Below are positions 37,630 to 50,070 of a stretch of 64,000 bases of DNA, piece by piece. The stretch is from Strigamia acuminata (taxonomy: Eukaryota): assembly GCA_949358305.1 (NCBI GenBank), contig OX442314.1, positions 26,164,001 to 26,228,000 of the forward strand, given 5' to 3'. How positions within the stretch are numbered: position 1 is the stretch's first letter; every line of letters starts with the position of its first letter. The position numbers and the translations under genes are program-made. The notes under the pieces are model-generated. The model searched no databases and had not been told where the DNA came from. It saw only the letters and a list, made by a program, of their open reading frames with translations.

Positions 37630-40600
37630 TGCTGCGATCCGGGTTTTTATCCACTTAATTTCTAATAAATTAAGCAGAAACCGCAGGTGAATGCTTTACA
37701 AGACTTATATCGCGGCCGAAACTTGTCTAGGGTTAAGTTTACGGAAATAGGAATAAAAAGACAGTTTATTATGGTAATAAAAATCACACAAATGTTTTAT
37801 TCGATAAATTACAATATATACTAATTATGATTATGAATATCACAGAATAAAATGAGCGGGAAACAATGAAACAAAGGAAGGGCTTGCAACGACTGTTGCA
37901 AGCTACAAAGCGTCAGAAATGGCGCTTAAACAACTTGAAGTTGTTAGGCGAAGGCAAATTGTCTTCGTTCTACGAACTCACGAACGATGGTCGAAGACGA
38001 TGGTTCTCGTGGGCTCCTTCTACGGCTCGTGCGACGGCTCGGCGGCGGTGGTTGACGGCTGTAGGCGTCCGGCTTTCGTACGATGGCGGTGGCTGTCGTT
38101 CGCGCAACAGCGACGGCGATGGTTCACGATCGTCGGGAATCTTCTCTTCTCGATTGCTGGAATTAGCGACGGCTAATTCAAGCAGGATTGCTGGCTTTGT
38201 GCGTTTGATACACAAAGATAGCAGGTGAAACTGAGTTACAACGGTCCTCTATCAATACTTTTCTTTCAGGAGCAAAAGCAGTGATGTTGAGGTTGTTGTT
38301 GTATTTTTCAGAGTCCCGATTTGAGCCAAGACGCGAGCCCAGCACGCTTCAATATTGCGCAGAAAACCTGCGCACTTAGCTCAAATGGGTGCAACTAGTG
38401 GTTATTACACCATATTGCACCATAACGGCTAATAACCGTTTTCACCCCGGACAACCTGGGGTGATATGTGCCTAGAGAGGATTTCTCCCCTCGGTCACAT
38501 GATCTGACTTGGCGTGTGCCACAGTCAAATTAATTAGAAGATAATTAATTTAATCTTCTAAGTTGGTGAATATTTTGAGATCACCACACATCCCCCCATT
38601 TAAGACGAATCTTACATGGAGAGAAAATGAACGAACCAATTTATGATTCGTCCATGGTCTGAGTTCGCTCAGGCGTCAACGGGCGCATCATATCCGTGGT
38701 GTCGTCCCTCGGGTTGGACCGCTCGTTAACCGTACACAGGTCGCGACCTGCGTTTGGTCCGGAGACCATTCCAGGGTTGACATGAAGCCAAACCTGGATG
38801 ATTCTTGCCGAGTTCGCTCGGTTGAAGAATCCTAGCGCCGCGAACTCGATTGGATCCTCTGGCGCTAATCGTGCTCTCAGGAGTCGATCATGGAGCACCG
38901 ATGGTGGGCTTAACACCCGGATGTGGTCCTCGAGCCACATAAACACCTGCCTCGACAACTTGTGGTTGTTGCTAAGCAGTGTTCGCGTATCCGGCGTCAA
39001 ATAGAAGTGCGGATACAGGCGCATTAGGGTCTTGAAAGCCGACTCTTTTTTCAGCGGCTTGACCTTCGTCTCCGGCTTGGCTGGCGGCGGCGGCGGCGGA
39101 CGTGAGTCTTCCGTCGTGGCATCGTCAAACTGGCACTGCGGGCCCAAGAAAACCAACGCGGGTGCGGAGGTTGACGAGGGTGTGACGCCTCGTCCCGGTG
39201 CTCGACCCACACCGGGGAGCTGACGGGTTTCGACTACCCGTTGAACTCCGGCTGGAGTTTGAGAACTTCCGGCGTTCTCTGGCCAAAATGAACATCCAGC
39301 GCCCTCTTGGGCCGACTGGAAAACAGCCAGTGACGCAGCTGCTGTGGCGCTTGTAACTGGAAGCGGTGGTCTTCCGGTCATTCGCGCCGTGGCCTTCGCA
39401 AAGGACCACTCGGTTCGCAACCGAACGGCGGCCTCTTCTTCGGTCTCACCGTTTGCTACGACTTGCTTTATTAGCTCGGCTAAGATCGTAGGCGGGTCGA
39501 GCCTGAGGTGGTACCACAGCTCGACTTTCTTCTCCGACAGGCCCATCGGCGCGGTCCAAAGGTACGTTATGGCCGCTAACGCCTGTCCTGGCGAAGGAAG
39601 AACACCAGGGTACAACACCCTAGTCATCCCCGGAATTAGCTGACGCTGAAAATCCATCAGACGGGGATCATCAATGGTATTGATGTCGGAGACTTCTAGC
39701 CTTTCAGCTAGTCTCTGCCAGTCCTTCTGCGACTCGGCGATCTGGGCGCTTTGGTATGCGTCCAGCTTCTGGAGCACTTCCTGCTGTGCTCTAATGGGTT
39801 GCTGCTCGTAGCAGGTCCATTGTGGGCCGAATGACTCACTAAAAAATGGCCGGAGTTGCAGGTTGCTAACTCCAGCCGGCAAGCGGGAAACATATCCTTG
39901 TTCGGGCAAGCGGCTAGCATGTCCAGGTACTGGCACGCTACAGTCGGGAGAAATATCACCGACAACACGTCTCATGGCGTATGGAGTAGCCGAGTTGTCC
40001 ACTTTGAACGTGGAGGCGGTTCGGCTACTTCGGTAGCCGAGTTGTCTTTCGGCTTCTGTAAGATAAGCTTTGTACTTTTCGTCAATGCGCAATTGATTGA
40101 CTTCCATGAATTCGTTTAACTCGGAGAATTTCCCCGGGTCGGGAGCGTCCGACATCATCAGAATATTTTTACTATATTCTGTGAGGCCAGCTCTAAACTG
40201 ATCATCTGCTGTTGCATCAGTAACAGCATGTGGCATTCTGCCAAGCAGATTCTCTGCTCTTAGCATGTACGAATGTAAGCTTTCGCCTTTTCGTTGCTTA
40301 AGACATCTCCAAAGCGTCTTGATGTCTTCGCTCGATTCACCAAATTTAAACATAAATTGTTTAACGAAGTCATCCCACTTCGTGAAGTCTTTCCTGCGAA
40401 ACCACTCCTTGACACCGCCAACTAGTATTCTTGGTACTAGATGGGCCAATGCACCTTCACAGCTAAAACTGTGAACTTTGCCTAGTTCAAATATTTCCAG
40501 CAAGAGGTTTGACCCTGCTTGCCAATTTCCATTATAGGCGTGTGGGATAACTCGATCCCATCTAATGAACTTTTCATCTGTTGTTTGATGAGTCCATTTA

Positions 40601-43526
40601 TCAGAAGTAAATTCACTTATTTTTTGCAAAATAATTTTATCCCTTCTGCTTTTTCGCTGTTGTTGAGCATTTTGCCTCAACAACTGGTCAATCTCATCTT
40701 TCGTGTAGAAATCGGGTCTTTGAGTTCTACTACGTGTTCTGTGACGAGATCGCCCTCTCACACTGGGGCGTGAGGAATCTGTATCAGACGCAGATTCATG
40801 ATTCGGATTTGGCGGCGGATCAGGGTCCGGAGGATCGTCGCCATCTGGCGGACGACGGTCTCCATTTGGTGGTCCCCTTCCATTTCGATTGCCATTCGAA
40901 TTGTGGTCACGTGAGTGGCCACCTCCATGTCCATCTGAACTGTCTCCACCTGGTGGGTCACCACCTGGTGGATTTCCACGGTATCTCGGTCCATCACGGA
41001 TGTCGTTATGACAATCTCGTTTTGGTGAGCCTTCTCGCGGATTATCGTGTGACCGTCCACGATCGTGTGGTTTCTCACGTTCTTTATTTTTTCTCTCTAG
41101 CAATCCGATTAATCGGTCACTATTGCTAAAGAATCGATCCGAATTTTGCGGAACGTTTGGGGAATGATATTCGGTCGGGTCTGGTTGTCGCTTTCGCTTT
41201 TTGCGACTGTGATGACTATTACGGCTTCCACGACTACTGCGTGAGTCATCACTGTCAGTCCAACTTGATTGTCGACTGACTTTTGGTTTAGCTGATGTTA
41301 AATCAATCAACTCAGGTGATTTGGAAGCACCTTTTTGCAAAACTGGGGCTGGCTTTGCAAAATTATCTTCGCCACAAACGTCTTGTACTTTTTGTACGAC
41401 TACTGCAAAGTTTTCTTGTACCGTCAATAGATCTGCGCGAAGAATCTCGTTTTCACGAGCTTGCGCAGCTAAGTCGGCACGTAATAACTGCTCTGCAGTA
41501 CTTTGACTTTTGGCGGCTTGACCAGCATCAATTACTGACTGCTGTCGAGCGAGAAATACTTCATTTTCTCGTTGTGCTAATCTCTTAGCTCTTGCTGCTT
41601 GTTCTGCAGCATAATTCTCGTAATTTCGAGAAGTGGAGGGAATTTCTTCCCTCGCTCGAACTGGGGCGGTTAGTTCGGCAGTCATTAAATTTGTGTTGGC
41701 TTCTCGCAAATTTGCGTTGGCCAATCTCAAATTTTCATTAGCAATTTCTAAATCTTTTTGTGCTTGATTTAGTTGCTCGAGCCTTTGTTGTTGCTCTTCG
41801 TCAGTAATTAGCCAGGAAGCTTTTTCCTGCTCTAATTGTAACAACTTAACATGGTCATTCGCACGTTGTTGTTTTAGTTCGGCATTTTGCTGATGCATTT
41901 CTGCACGCATTCGCTCGAACTCTGCTTGCAAGCTTGTTCTGACGATTTCAACGTCTTTTTGGCTTTGTTTGCGAACCATAGCTTTGTGGATTTGTTCCAC
42001 AGTCATTTCGCTAGTGACTTTTACTCCCTCGAGCCTAGCTTGCTCACGGAGTGCGTCCATCATGGTAACACGCACGGGAGAATGAGAAACTTCCATATTG
42101 GAGTTCTCAGAATCTTGTTGTGCTGCACCTTGAACCGGTGATGAATTCAGCGAGTGCTCCGCACTTGATGATTGAATTCGTAAATTCAAATCATCGTTTT
42201 GCGACTTGGAACGGCCACTTCCAGTTGGATTGTTTAAGTCCAACTGGCCGCTTGGCGGGGATGGCTGTTGTCGCTCCAACGCTTGCGTGAATTCATTCAC
42301 GATTAACTGTGCCGAGTTACAGTTAGCTGTTTGATCCATAGTTTCAAACAGTTCTTGTGACTCAGTCACTTCTTGATCCACGACTGGTAGATCGATGGCC
42401 ACTCGTCTCTTCGCTGGTCTGCCTCTCGGTCTCTTTTCGCCTGGAGTCGCCATTTTTCAAATGAAGACAAAGAAAGGATAGAGAAGAAAGATAAGCAAGA
42501 TAAAAATGGCGGGTAAATTTTAAACTATCAAAATTTATACAATGACTATCCCGGACGGGCCCCCACGTGCTGCGATCCGGGTTTTTATCCACTTAATTTC
42601 TAATAAATTAAGCAGAAACCGCAGGTGAATGCTTTACAAGACTTATATCGCGGCCGAAACTTGTCTAGGGTTAAGTTTACGGAAATAGGAATAAAAAGAC
42701 AGTTTATTATGGTAATAAAAATCACACAAATGTTTTATTCGATAAATTACAATATATACTAATTATGATTATGAATATCACAGAATAAAATGAGCGGGAA
42801 ACAATGAAACAAAGGAAGGGCTTGCAACGACTGTTGCAAGCTACAAAGCGTCAGAAATGGCGCTTAAACAACTTGAAGTTGTTAGGCGAAGGCAAATTGT
42901 CTTCGTTCTACGAACTCACGAACGATGGTCGAAGACGATGGTTCTCGTGGGCTCCTTCTACGGCTCGTGCGACGGCTCGGCGGCGGTGGTTGACGGCTGT
43001 AGGCGTCCGGCTTTCGTACGATGGCGGTGGCTGTCGTTCGCGCAACAGCGACGGCGATGGTTCACGATCGTCGGGAATCTTCTCTTCTCGATTGCTGGAA
43101 TTAGCGACGGCTAATTCAAGCAGGATTGCTGGCTTTGTGCGTTTGATACACAAAGATAGCAGGTGAAACTGAGTTACAACGGTCCTCTATCAATACTTTT
43201 CTTTCAGGAGCAAAAGCAGTGATGTTGAGGTTGTTGTTGTATTTTTCAGAGTCCCGATTTGAGCCAAGACGCGAGCCCAGCACGCTTCAATATTGCGCAG
43301 AAAACCTGCGCACTTAGCTCAAATGGGTGCAACTAGTGGTTATTACACCATATTGCACCATAACGGCTAATAACCGTTTTCACCCCGGACAACCTGGGGT
43401 GATATGTGCCTAGAGAGGATTTCTCCCCTCGGTCACATGATCTGACTTGGCGTGTGCCACAGTCAAATTAATTAGAAGATAATTAATTTAATCTTCTAAG
43501 TTGGTGAATATTTTGAGATCACCACA
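37630..43526 (-). mobile_element. Non-autonomous (pol-less) LTR retrotransposon with a single large Gag-containing ORF
   Basis: 959-bp LTRs 37630-38588 and 42568-43526 (no difference seen), 4-bp TSD GAAT, PBS TGGGGGCCCGTCCGGGAT (tRNA-Pro-like), PPT ATGGGGGGATG. Confidence 0.93.
38641..42453 (-). CDS. 1270-aa protein: N-terminal RGRP motif, coiled-coil and low-complexity region, central retrotransposon Gag capsid-like segment, unrecognised C-terminus
   Basis: Uninterrupted ORF filling the internal region; VKEWF...WDDFVKQFMFKF...LKQRKGESLHSYMLR...QFRAGL resembles Retrotrans_gag/major homology region; no protease, RT, RNase H, integrase or CCHC motif seen. Confidence 0.8.
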   Translation of the reverse strand: MATPGEKRPRGRPAKRRVAIDLPVVDQEVTESQELFETMDQTANCNSAQLIVNEFTQALERQQPSPPSGQLDLNNPTGSGRSKSQNDDLNLRIQSSSAEHSLNSSPVQGAAQQDSENSNMEVSHSPVRVTMMDALREQARLEGVKVTSEMTVEQIHKAMVRKQSQKDVEIVRTSLQAEFERMRAEMHQQNAELKQQRANDHVKLLQLEQEKASWLITDEEQQQRLEQLNQAQKDLEIANENLRLANANLREANTNLMTAELTAPVRAREEIPSTSRNYENYAAEQAARAKRLAQRENEVFLARQQSVIDAGQAAKSQSTAEQLLRADLAAQARENEILRADLLTVQENFAVVVQKVQDVCGEDNFAKPAPVLQKGASKSPELIDLTSAKPKVSRQSSWTDSDDSRSSRGSRNSHHSRKKRKRQPDPTEYHSPNVPQNSDRFFSNSDRLIGLLERKNKEREKPHDRGRSHDNPREGSPKRDCHNDIRDGPRYRGNPPGGDPPGGDSSDGHGGGHSRDHNSNGNRNGRGPPNGDRRPPDGDDPPDPDPPPNPNHESASDTDSSRPSVRGRSRHRTRSRTQRPDFYTKDEIDQLLRQNAQQQRKSRRDKIILQKISEFTSDKWTHQTTDEKFIRWDRVIPHAYNGNWQAGSNLLLEIFELGKVHSFSCEGALAHLVPRILVGGVKEWFRRKDFTKWDDFVKQFMFKFGESSEDIKTLWRCLKQRKGESLHSYMLRAENLLGRMPHAVTDATADDQFRAGLTEYSKNILMMSDAPDPGKFSELNEFMEVNQLRIDEKYKAYLTEAERQLGYRSSRTASTFKVDNSATPYAMRRVVGDISPDCSVPVPGHASRLPEQGYVSRLPAGVSNLQLRPFFSESFGPQWTCYEQQPIRAQQEVLQKLDAYQSAQIAESQKDWQRLAERLEVSDINTIDDPRLMDFQRQLIPGMTRVLYPGVLPSPGQALAAITYLWTAPMGLSEKKVELWYHLRLDPPTILAELIKQVVANGETEEEAAVRLRTEWSFAKATARMTGRPPLPVTSATAAASLAVFQSAQEGAGCSFWPENAGSSQTPAGVQRVVETRQLPGVGRAPGRGVTPSSTSAPALVFLGPQCQFDDATTEDSRPPPPPPAKPETKVKPLKKESAFKTLMRLYPHFYLTPDTRTLLSNNHKLSRQVFMWLEDHIRVLSPPSVLHDRLLRARLAPEDPIEFAALGFFNRANSARIIQVWLHVNPGMVSGPNAGRDLCTVNERSNPRDDTTDMMRPLTPERTQTMDES

Positions 43527-43818
43527 GAATATTGTTATGATTGCATTTTTAATTCTCTGATCCCTTGTGATCATTTTGGTGTATTGCTTTTGTCTTTTAA
43601 GTCAATTTTGGTTGATTGCCAACTTTGTTGTATTCTCTTTTCCTCCGTTGCCTAGCAATAGCAAGTGATTATCTTTGTTTGTGATTATCGCCGGCTATCG
43701 GCTTGGCACGTGCCATGGTCTTGTCCGCGCATGCTTGACTCCCCGGGAGCCAATGATTCTACTGTATTTTCATCATTTCTACTTTATATTTTGATTAAAT
43801 ATATTGTTCTAGTTTTAC

Positions 43819-43984
43819 TCCGGTTTCATTGTGATTTTGTTGCAATCTTTCAATGTTGTGTGAGTAGAGAAAGCGTTCCCAGGGCTGGCAAATGGATAAA
43901 TAATCCCATGGATCATTACAACAATTGGATACGCTATTGTTTTGCTTCTCCAACAATGTTTTGTGTGCCAAAATAGTGAGTTTT
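43819..43984 (-). CDS. Possible further exon of the minus-strand DEG/ENaC-like gene
   Basis: CAG acceptor and GTAAAA donor bracket IVVMIHGIIYPFASPG...ITMKP, loosely like the ENaC 'V-x-IH...YPF...G' motif. Confidence 0.3.
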
Positions 43985-44003
43985 CTGCAAGGTAATCGTA
44001 CAA

Positions 44004-46490
44004 AAGTTGGCAGCACACATTTTCCCCTGAGTGCCCAAAACTGGTCAAATCGATTTTGCGGCTTGCACGAACCAATACAAACGCCAATTTATACATTACA
44101 AATCAATACTAACAAATTACTAACAGAATCGGTAAAGAAAAGTGAAATTGGGTGTGTGTATTCCAGCGTCCAGTTGGCAGCACACATTTTTCCCGGAGTG
44201 CCCGAAAACGGTCAAATCGATTTTGTGGCTTGTACAGACCAATACAAACGACAATTTATACATTACAAATCTATACTAACTGAGTACTAACAGAATCTGT
44301 AAAGAAAAGTGAAATTGGGTGTGTGTATTCCAGCGTCAAGTTGGCAGCACACATTTTTCCCGGAGTGCCCGAAAACGGTCAAATCGATTTTGCGGCTTGT
44401 AGAGACCAATACAAACAACAATTTGTACATTACAAATCAATACTAACTAAATACTAAAGGAATCTGTAAAGAAAAGTGAAATTGGGTGTGTGTATTCCAG
44501 CATCAAGTTGGCAGCACACGCTTTACCCCAAGTGCCCGAAACCGGTCAAATCGATTTTGCGGCTTGTAGAGACCAATACAAACAACAATTTGTACATTAC
44601 AAATCAATACTAACTATATACTAACAGAATCTGTAAAGAAAAGTGAAATTGGGGTCATGTATTCCAGCATCAAGTTGACAGCACACGCTTTACCCCAAGT
44701 GCCCAAAACCGGTCAAATCGATTTTGCGGCTTGCAGAGACCAATACAAACGACAATTTGTACATTACAAATCAATACTAACCAAATACTAAAGGAATCTG
44801 TAAAGAAAAGTGAAATTGGGTGTGTGTATTCCAGCATCAAGTTGGCAGCACACGTTTTTTCCGGAGTGCCCGAAACCAGTCAAATCGATTTTGTGGCTTG
44901 CACGGACCAATACAAACGACAATTTATACATTACAAATCAATACTAACTGAGTACTAACAGAATCTGTAAAGAAAAGTGAAATTGGGTTCGTGTATTCCA
45001 GCATCAAGTTGACAGCACACGCTTTTCCCTGAGTGCCCGAAAACGATCAAATCGATTTTGCGGCTTGTAGAGACCAATACAAACGACAATTTATACATTA
45101 CAAATCTATACTAACTGAGTACTAACAGAATATGTGAAGAAAAGTGAAATTGGGTGTGTGTATTCCAGCGTCAAGTTGGCAGCACACATTTTTCCCGGAG
45201 TGCCCGAAAACGATCAAATCGATTTTGCGGCTTGTAGAGACCAATACAAACGACAATTTATACATTACAAATCTATACTAACTGAGTACTAACAGAATAT
45301 GTGAAGAAAAGTGAAATTGGGTGTGTGTATTCCAGCGTCAAGTTGGCAGCACACATTTTTCCCGGAGTGCCCGAAAACGGTCAAATCGATTTTGCGGCTT
45401 GTAGAGACCAATACAAACGACAATTTGTACATTACAAATCAATACTAACTAAATACTAAAGGAATCTGTAAAGAAAAGTGAAATTGGGTGTGTGTATTCC
45501 AGCATCAAGTTGGCAGCACACGCTTTTCCCTGAGTGCCTGAAAGCGGTCAAATCGATTTTTTGGCTTGCACGGACCAATACAAACGACAATTTATACATT
45601 ACAAATCAATACTAACTAAACACTAACAGAATCTGTAAAGAAAAGTGAAATTGGGTGTGTGTATTCCAGCATCAAGTTGGCAGCACACGCTTTACCCCAA
45701 GTGCCCGAAACCGGTCAAATCGATTTTGCGGCTTGTAGAGACCAATACAAACAACAATTTGTACATTACAAATCAATACTAACTATATACTAACAGAATC
45801 TGTAAAGAAAAGTGAAATTGGGGTCATGTATTCCAGCATCAAGTTGACAGCACACGCTTTACCCCAAGTGCCCAAAACCGGTCAAATCGATTTTGCGGCT
45901 TGCAGAGACCAATACAAACGACAATTTGTACATTACAAATCAATACTAACCAAATACTAAAGGAATCTGTAAAGAAAAGTGAAATTGGGTGTGTGTATTC
46001 CAGCATCAAGTTGGCAGCACACGTTTTTTCCGGAGTGCCCGAAACCAGTCAAATCGATTTTGTGGCTTGCACGGACCAATACAAACGACAATTTATACAT
46101 TACAAATCAATACTAACTGAGTACTAACAGAATCTGTAAAGAAAAGTGAAATTGGGTGTGTGTATTCCAGCGTCAAGTTGGCAGCACACATTTTTCCCTG
46201 AGTGCCCGAAAGCGGTCAAATCGATTTTGTGGCTTGCACGGACCAATACAAACGACAATTTATAGATTACAAATCTATACTAACTGAGTACTAACAGAAT
46301 CTGTAAAGAAAAGTGAAATTGGGGTCGTGTATTCCAGCATCAAGTTGGCAGCACACTGCATAGAATTTGTTGTAAACCAATACAAACGAAAATTTATACA
46401 TTACAAATGAATACTAACAGAATACTAACAGAATCAGCTGAAAAAAGTTCAAATTGGCAAAAGTGTGCTGTAGGCATATAGTTGACAGCA
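44004..46490. repeat. 167-bp tandem array, about 14-15 copies
   Basis: GAAAAGTGAAATTGGG recurs at 44137, 44304, 44471, 44638, 44805... (period 167). Confidence 0.95.
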
Positions 46491-48254
46491 CATTGGAAAA
46501 CCATTGTTTATTCTAGTTCTATCAGAATACAAATTGTAAAACTTGGCATACAAACAATACAAACCATGACTAACAAACTACAAACGTTTCAGCCAATTCT
46601 GAAACAATGTGCTGTCAACTATATGGACGTAGAATTTAACGCTGATTTCAGAAATGTTCATAACTTTTAGATCAAAAAATATTTTTTCTTTATTATTTTT
46701 TTTTCTCAAATTTTTTTTTGATTTGGTTAAGAAAAAGTTGCTATTTTTGATGAAATGTGCATGCAATAATTGAGTTACAGATCGTTCTGATCTTATACCT
46801 ATCCTCAATAATAGTTTCGGCGCCCTCTATTATAGTCTTCCGGTCCCTGGCATAACTAACTAGTCCAATTTTTAGTGACCACAGGTCAGCACGTGTTTCG
46901 TAATGAACGCCAAAAAACTAATTTTTTTCTCTTTTGCGGATTTTCTGTTCGTTATTCGTCGATTATTATCCTGTTTCTGATGGCGCAAGCTTACATTTAG
47001 TTAAACGCTAAAAATAGCAAGAGTAAGAGTATTAAAAAGACCACAAAGTCTTCGGCGACACATGGTAAATCGATTTCAACACGACCAATTCTAATTTCCG
47101 ATCGAAACGTGTCTTTTCCGGACACGGACGTGGAGGAAAATTTGATCACTACACTGATCAAAGAGGAGAGGATTTCCCGTAGATTCGTTCGGATAACATT
47201 CTGTTGACTAAAAATATGCTGGACAATATTATTCGTAGCGCATTTGTTAGTATGCGTTTGCATAGGACGGTACCTAAAACCATTTACAGAACAATTTACA
47301 GAACTTTTCAAAAACAATTTGTGACGGTTATAAAACCGTAATAACTAATGTTCACACTAGATGGCGCTATTTATTTAGCGCGCACAGTTCAAATATGAAA
47401 AATAAGTGTTTTAATGATTATTATTACTCAACGAATAAATATATACTCCGTATTATTTATTGATCTGAATAAAGTATTATTTGACATATTATTGATTCTA
47501 ATGAATCAATATCACGTGTTATACTTACATATCGAAGAGAACCAATCGGATTCTTCTGGACCCAGTCTACTACTAGGTCCGGACTAAAGTGTCCTACGAA
47601 TCCTAGGTTCTCATATCTGATTGGCTGTCGCTAATCCTATAGTTCTAAAGAACTATATAAGCTCTGGTTTTCCATCAGGCCTTCGGCTTGGTTTAAATAT
47701 TGAAATATTGTGTGTTTGTATTGTATTGTTGGTTATCGTTTGATTTCTCTCTTTCTCTATCGACACATCAGGCCCCCTCGTTGTCTCAACCGATGTGTAT
47801 TATTACTATTGAGTTATTCTTCGTTGTAGCGTTTATCCGGGAAGACTAACGCTGGTAATCAAATGGTCTCGTAGTGATTAGCTCACTATCTTAAAGGATA
47901 GGGAGATTTCATACGGTGGCATAATGTGATGTACCTGCACGGTGGGCCTTGCCAGTTGTAAGTAGGCCCATCATCTAACTACTTCGGCAGAAGTATGGGT
48001 TGTTGATGTAAAAGGCAGACTCAGAATCAGTTACATATGTAACTTGTGATCCTTCTGTGTTAAGGCATTCGTGTCTGCAGTCAGTGAACTGACTTCTCAG
48101 GGTCGGTTACATAAAGTAGCCCGTGGTCCTTCTGTGTTTGGAGCATCCGTTGTGTCCCCAGTCGGTAAAACATCAACTCAGGTCTTGTTAATAAGCTGAC
48201 TTGTGGGTCCTTCCGTAGTAATAGGCGGTTAAGGGCCAATTTACAGGCAACACG

Positions 48255-48680
48255 CCGGGTTGGTAGCCCTCATCTCTAAGTTTACTCAAAATCGTTCTTG
48301 GTCTGGTCACGTCATTGTTGTACAATTCACGAATTTTCTTCTTAGTTTCGGTCGGAATGCCGCGTAGTAGTCGCTCTTCGTGAGTGTGTGTGTCAGTTGT
48401 GTGGTATAATTCCACAGAATCAGTATCGGCCTTCAGAAATAAGTATTTCTTCGCATCACACTCCCGTGAAAATTTGCAGTCGTAGAAAATTTTTTCTCCT
48501 TCGAGCGTGGTGGAGTTTCATCGCTTTTCCCACATCTGCTCAGCTTTTAGAGCCAACGATGCCGAGTCGATGTTGTCAAAAACTTTCTGTTTGACCCATT
48601 TCCGGCGCTTTCGAGGTTCCTCTGAATCTGATTCGGGATCGGAATTAGCGAACACACACGGTTGTGAAGTCATCGCCATT
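48255..48680 (-). pseudogene. N-terminal fragment of a Mutator-like transposase (WRKY-like zinc finger), in-frame stop at 48518, truncated
   Basis: Reading through the TGA gives YDCKFSRECDAKKYL...DTHTHE (C-x5-C...H-x-H) followed by IRELYNNDVTRPRTILSKL. Confidence 0.55.
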
Positions 48681-50070
48681 GCTGAAGGAATATGAAAGAA
48701 TATATATATATGCAAACAGACACATACGTCGCACAAACATTACCGCAAAACGTGAATGCGACGTACCGAGAAGAAAACGCCTTGTTTTGGGAGTTTCGAG
48801 AAAATAGGGAGTGGCGTAACTTTAAGGGGGGAAAAGTAGATATTTTTGGGGGGATCTAAAAGAGGGGGGCAGTTCGTATTCTTTTGCGGGGTATTGCATA
48901 CTTTCTGGAGGCCGTTTTATTATTGGCCAATAAATACTTGGGTATTGGTAATCTCAAAGAATGTTTACCCGGTGGTTGGTACCACCGATAGCGACTTTGT
49001 CGTGCACAAACAAATACCCGGTGCTTGATTATGAGATCTCGTCATTGTAAGGCATACTGGCGGATGGAAGCGTCAAAACTTCCCTCGATGGTTCTCTCAA
49101 CCATCGTGACTCTCCCCGCCCATATAATAAACATATAACAATTATTTGTTATATTTTCTTTATAGATTTAGAACGTTTAGGACTCGGAATATTCTAAAGA
49201 ATATTCTCAAAGAATGCAAAGGATTCTTCGCATTCAAAGTTACTCGTGCCACAGAGTCGAATACGTCTCCATAGCGTTCGTTGTGACGATGCCGCAAGTC
49301 AGCCCTATCCCTCTGGCTTTGCCCGGATCCTCAACCAGTAGATGCCGCTCGTTTACACGAGCGCAGAACCCAGATCCAGTTGTATCTGGTAGTAAAACAT
49401 GTAAAACTGTAAGTTGGATATCATTCTGTTATTTATTCACTTTGCGTACGTTCCGTAGCTTATCTCGATCAGGTGGTTGTTAGATTTAACAATGTCTTGT
49501 TTTCAACCGATTTATCTCTTATAATGGCTAATAAATCAGCCAAAATTAGAATCCTCACAAATTCAACAATGAATATACATTCAAATAAATCTATTTATAG
49601 CAACATATCAATCACACCAAGAGCCCTGACCCAAATAAATTGTTGAATTTTGTCCTTAAAAGTTTTAAAACATTCACTCATCAAACTGCAAAAATCAATT
49701 TCCAACTTGCTGAATAAAATTATAACTTTAATAATTATAAGTTCTATGAGTATGATGTAAAAACATGTAATTACAGCACCTGTAATTATCATTTAAACGT
49801 ATAATTTTACACACATGGGTGTGCGTTTATGAGCTCAATATCGCCAACCAGTATGGTTGTTAGAATGTAATTTCAATACATGAATTTATTCATGTGCAGA
49901 ATTATCCTTATAATTTGAAAATACTGTTTCCACTTAATTATTGCTGTCGTGTGTTCCTATCTAATTAAAATTCTGTTATTCAAATTATTACAACTTCCCT
50001 TAAATTACACGTACCAAACATAAAAAATAAAAAGTATGTCTGTCACGGAAACTTTAAACAAATACAAAAC

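Noticed and set aside
37866..38228. Duplicated 120-aa ORF (also 42804-43166) as a gene
   Set aside because: Lies within the two LTRs; no recognisable motif.
4666..43530. Shared GAA in four LTR target duplications (GAACC, GAAAT, AGAAC, GAAT)
   Set aside because: Four sites from unrelated integrases in A-rich DNA; consistent with chance.
44004..46490. CRISPR-like array or repeated small protein genes
   Set aside because: Whole 167-bp units repeat with no unique spacers; the ORFs are by-products of the repeat; context is eukaryotic.
46810..48250. Second DIRS-like terminus or solo LTR (AGTCCAATTTT...CACGTGTTT, CCAAT and TATA boxes)
   Set aside because: Only short similarity to 27361-27397; no partner repeat, TSD or coding support found.
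49166..49408. Possible exon bounded by TATAG acceptor and GTAAGT donor
   Set aside because: No frame gives a recognisable protein or links to neighbouring exons.
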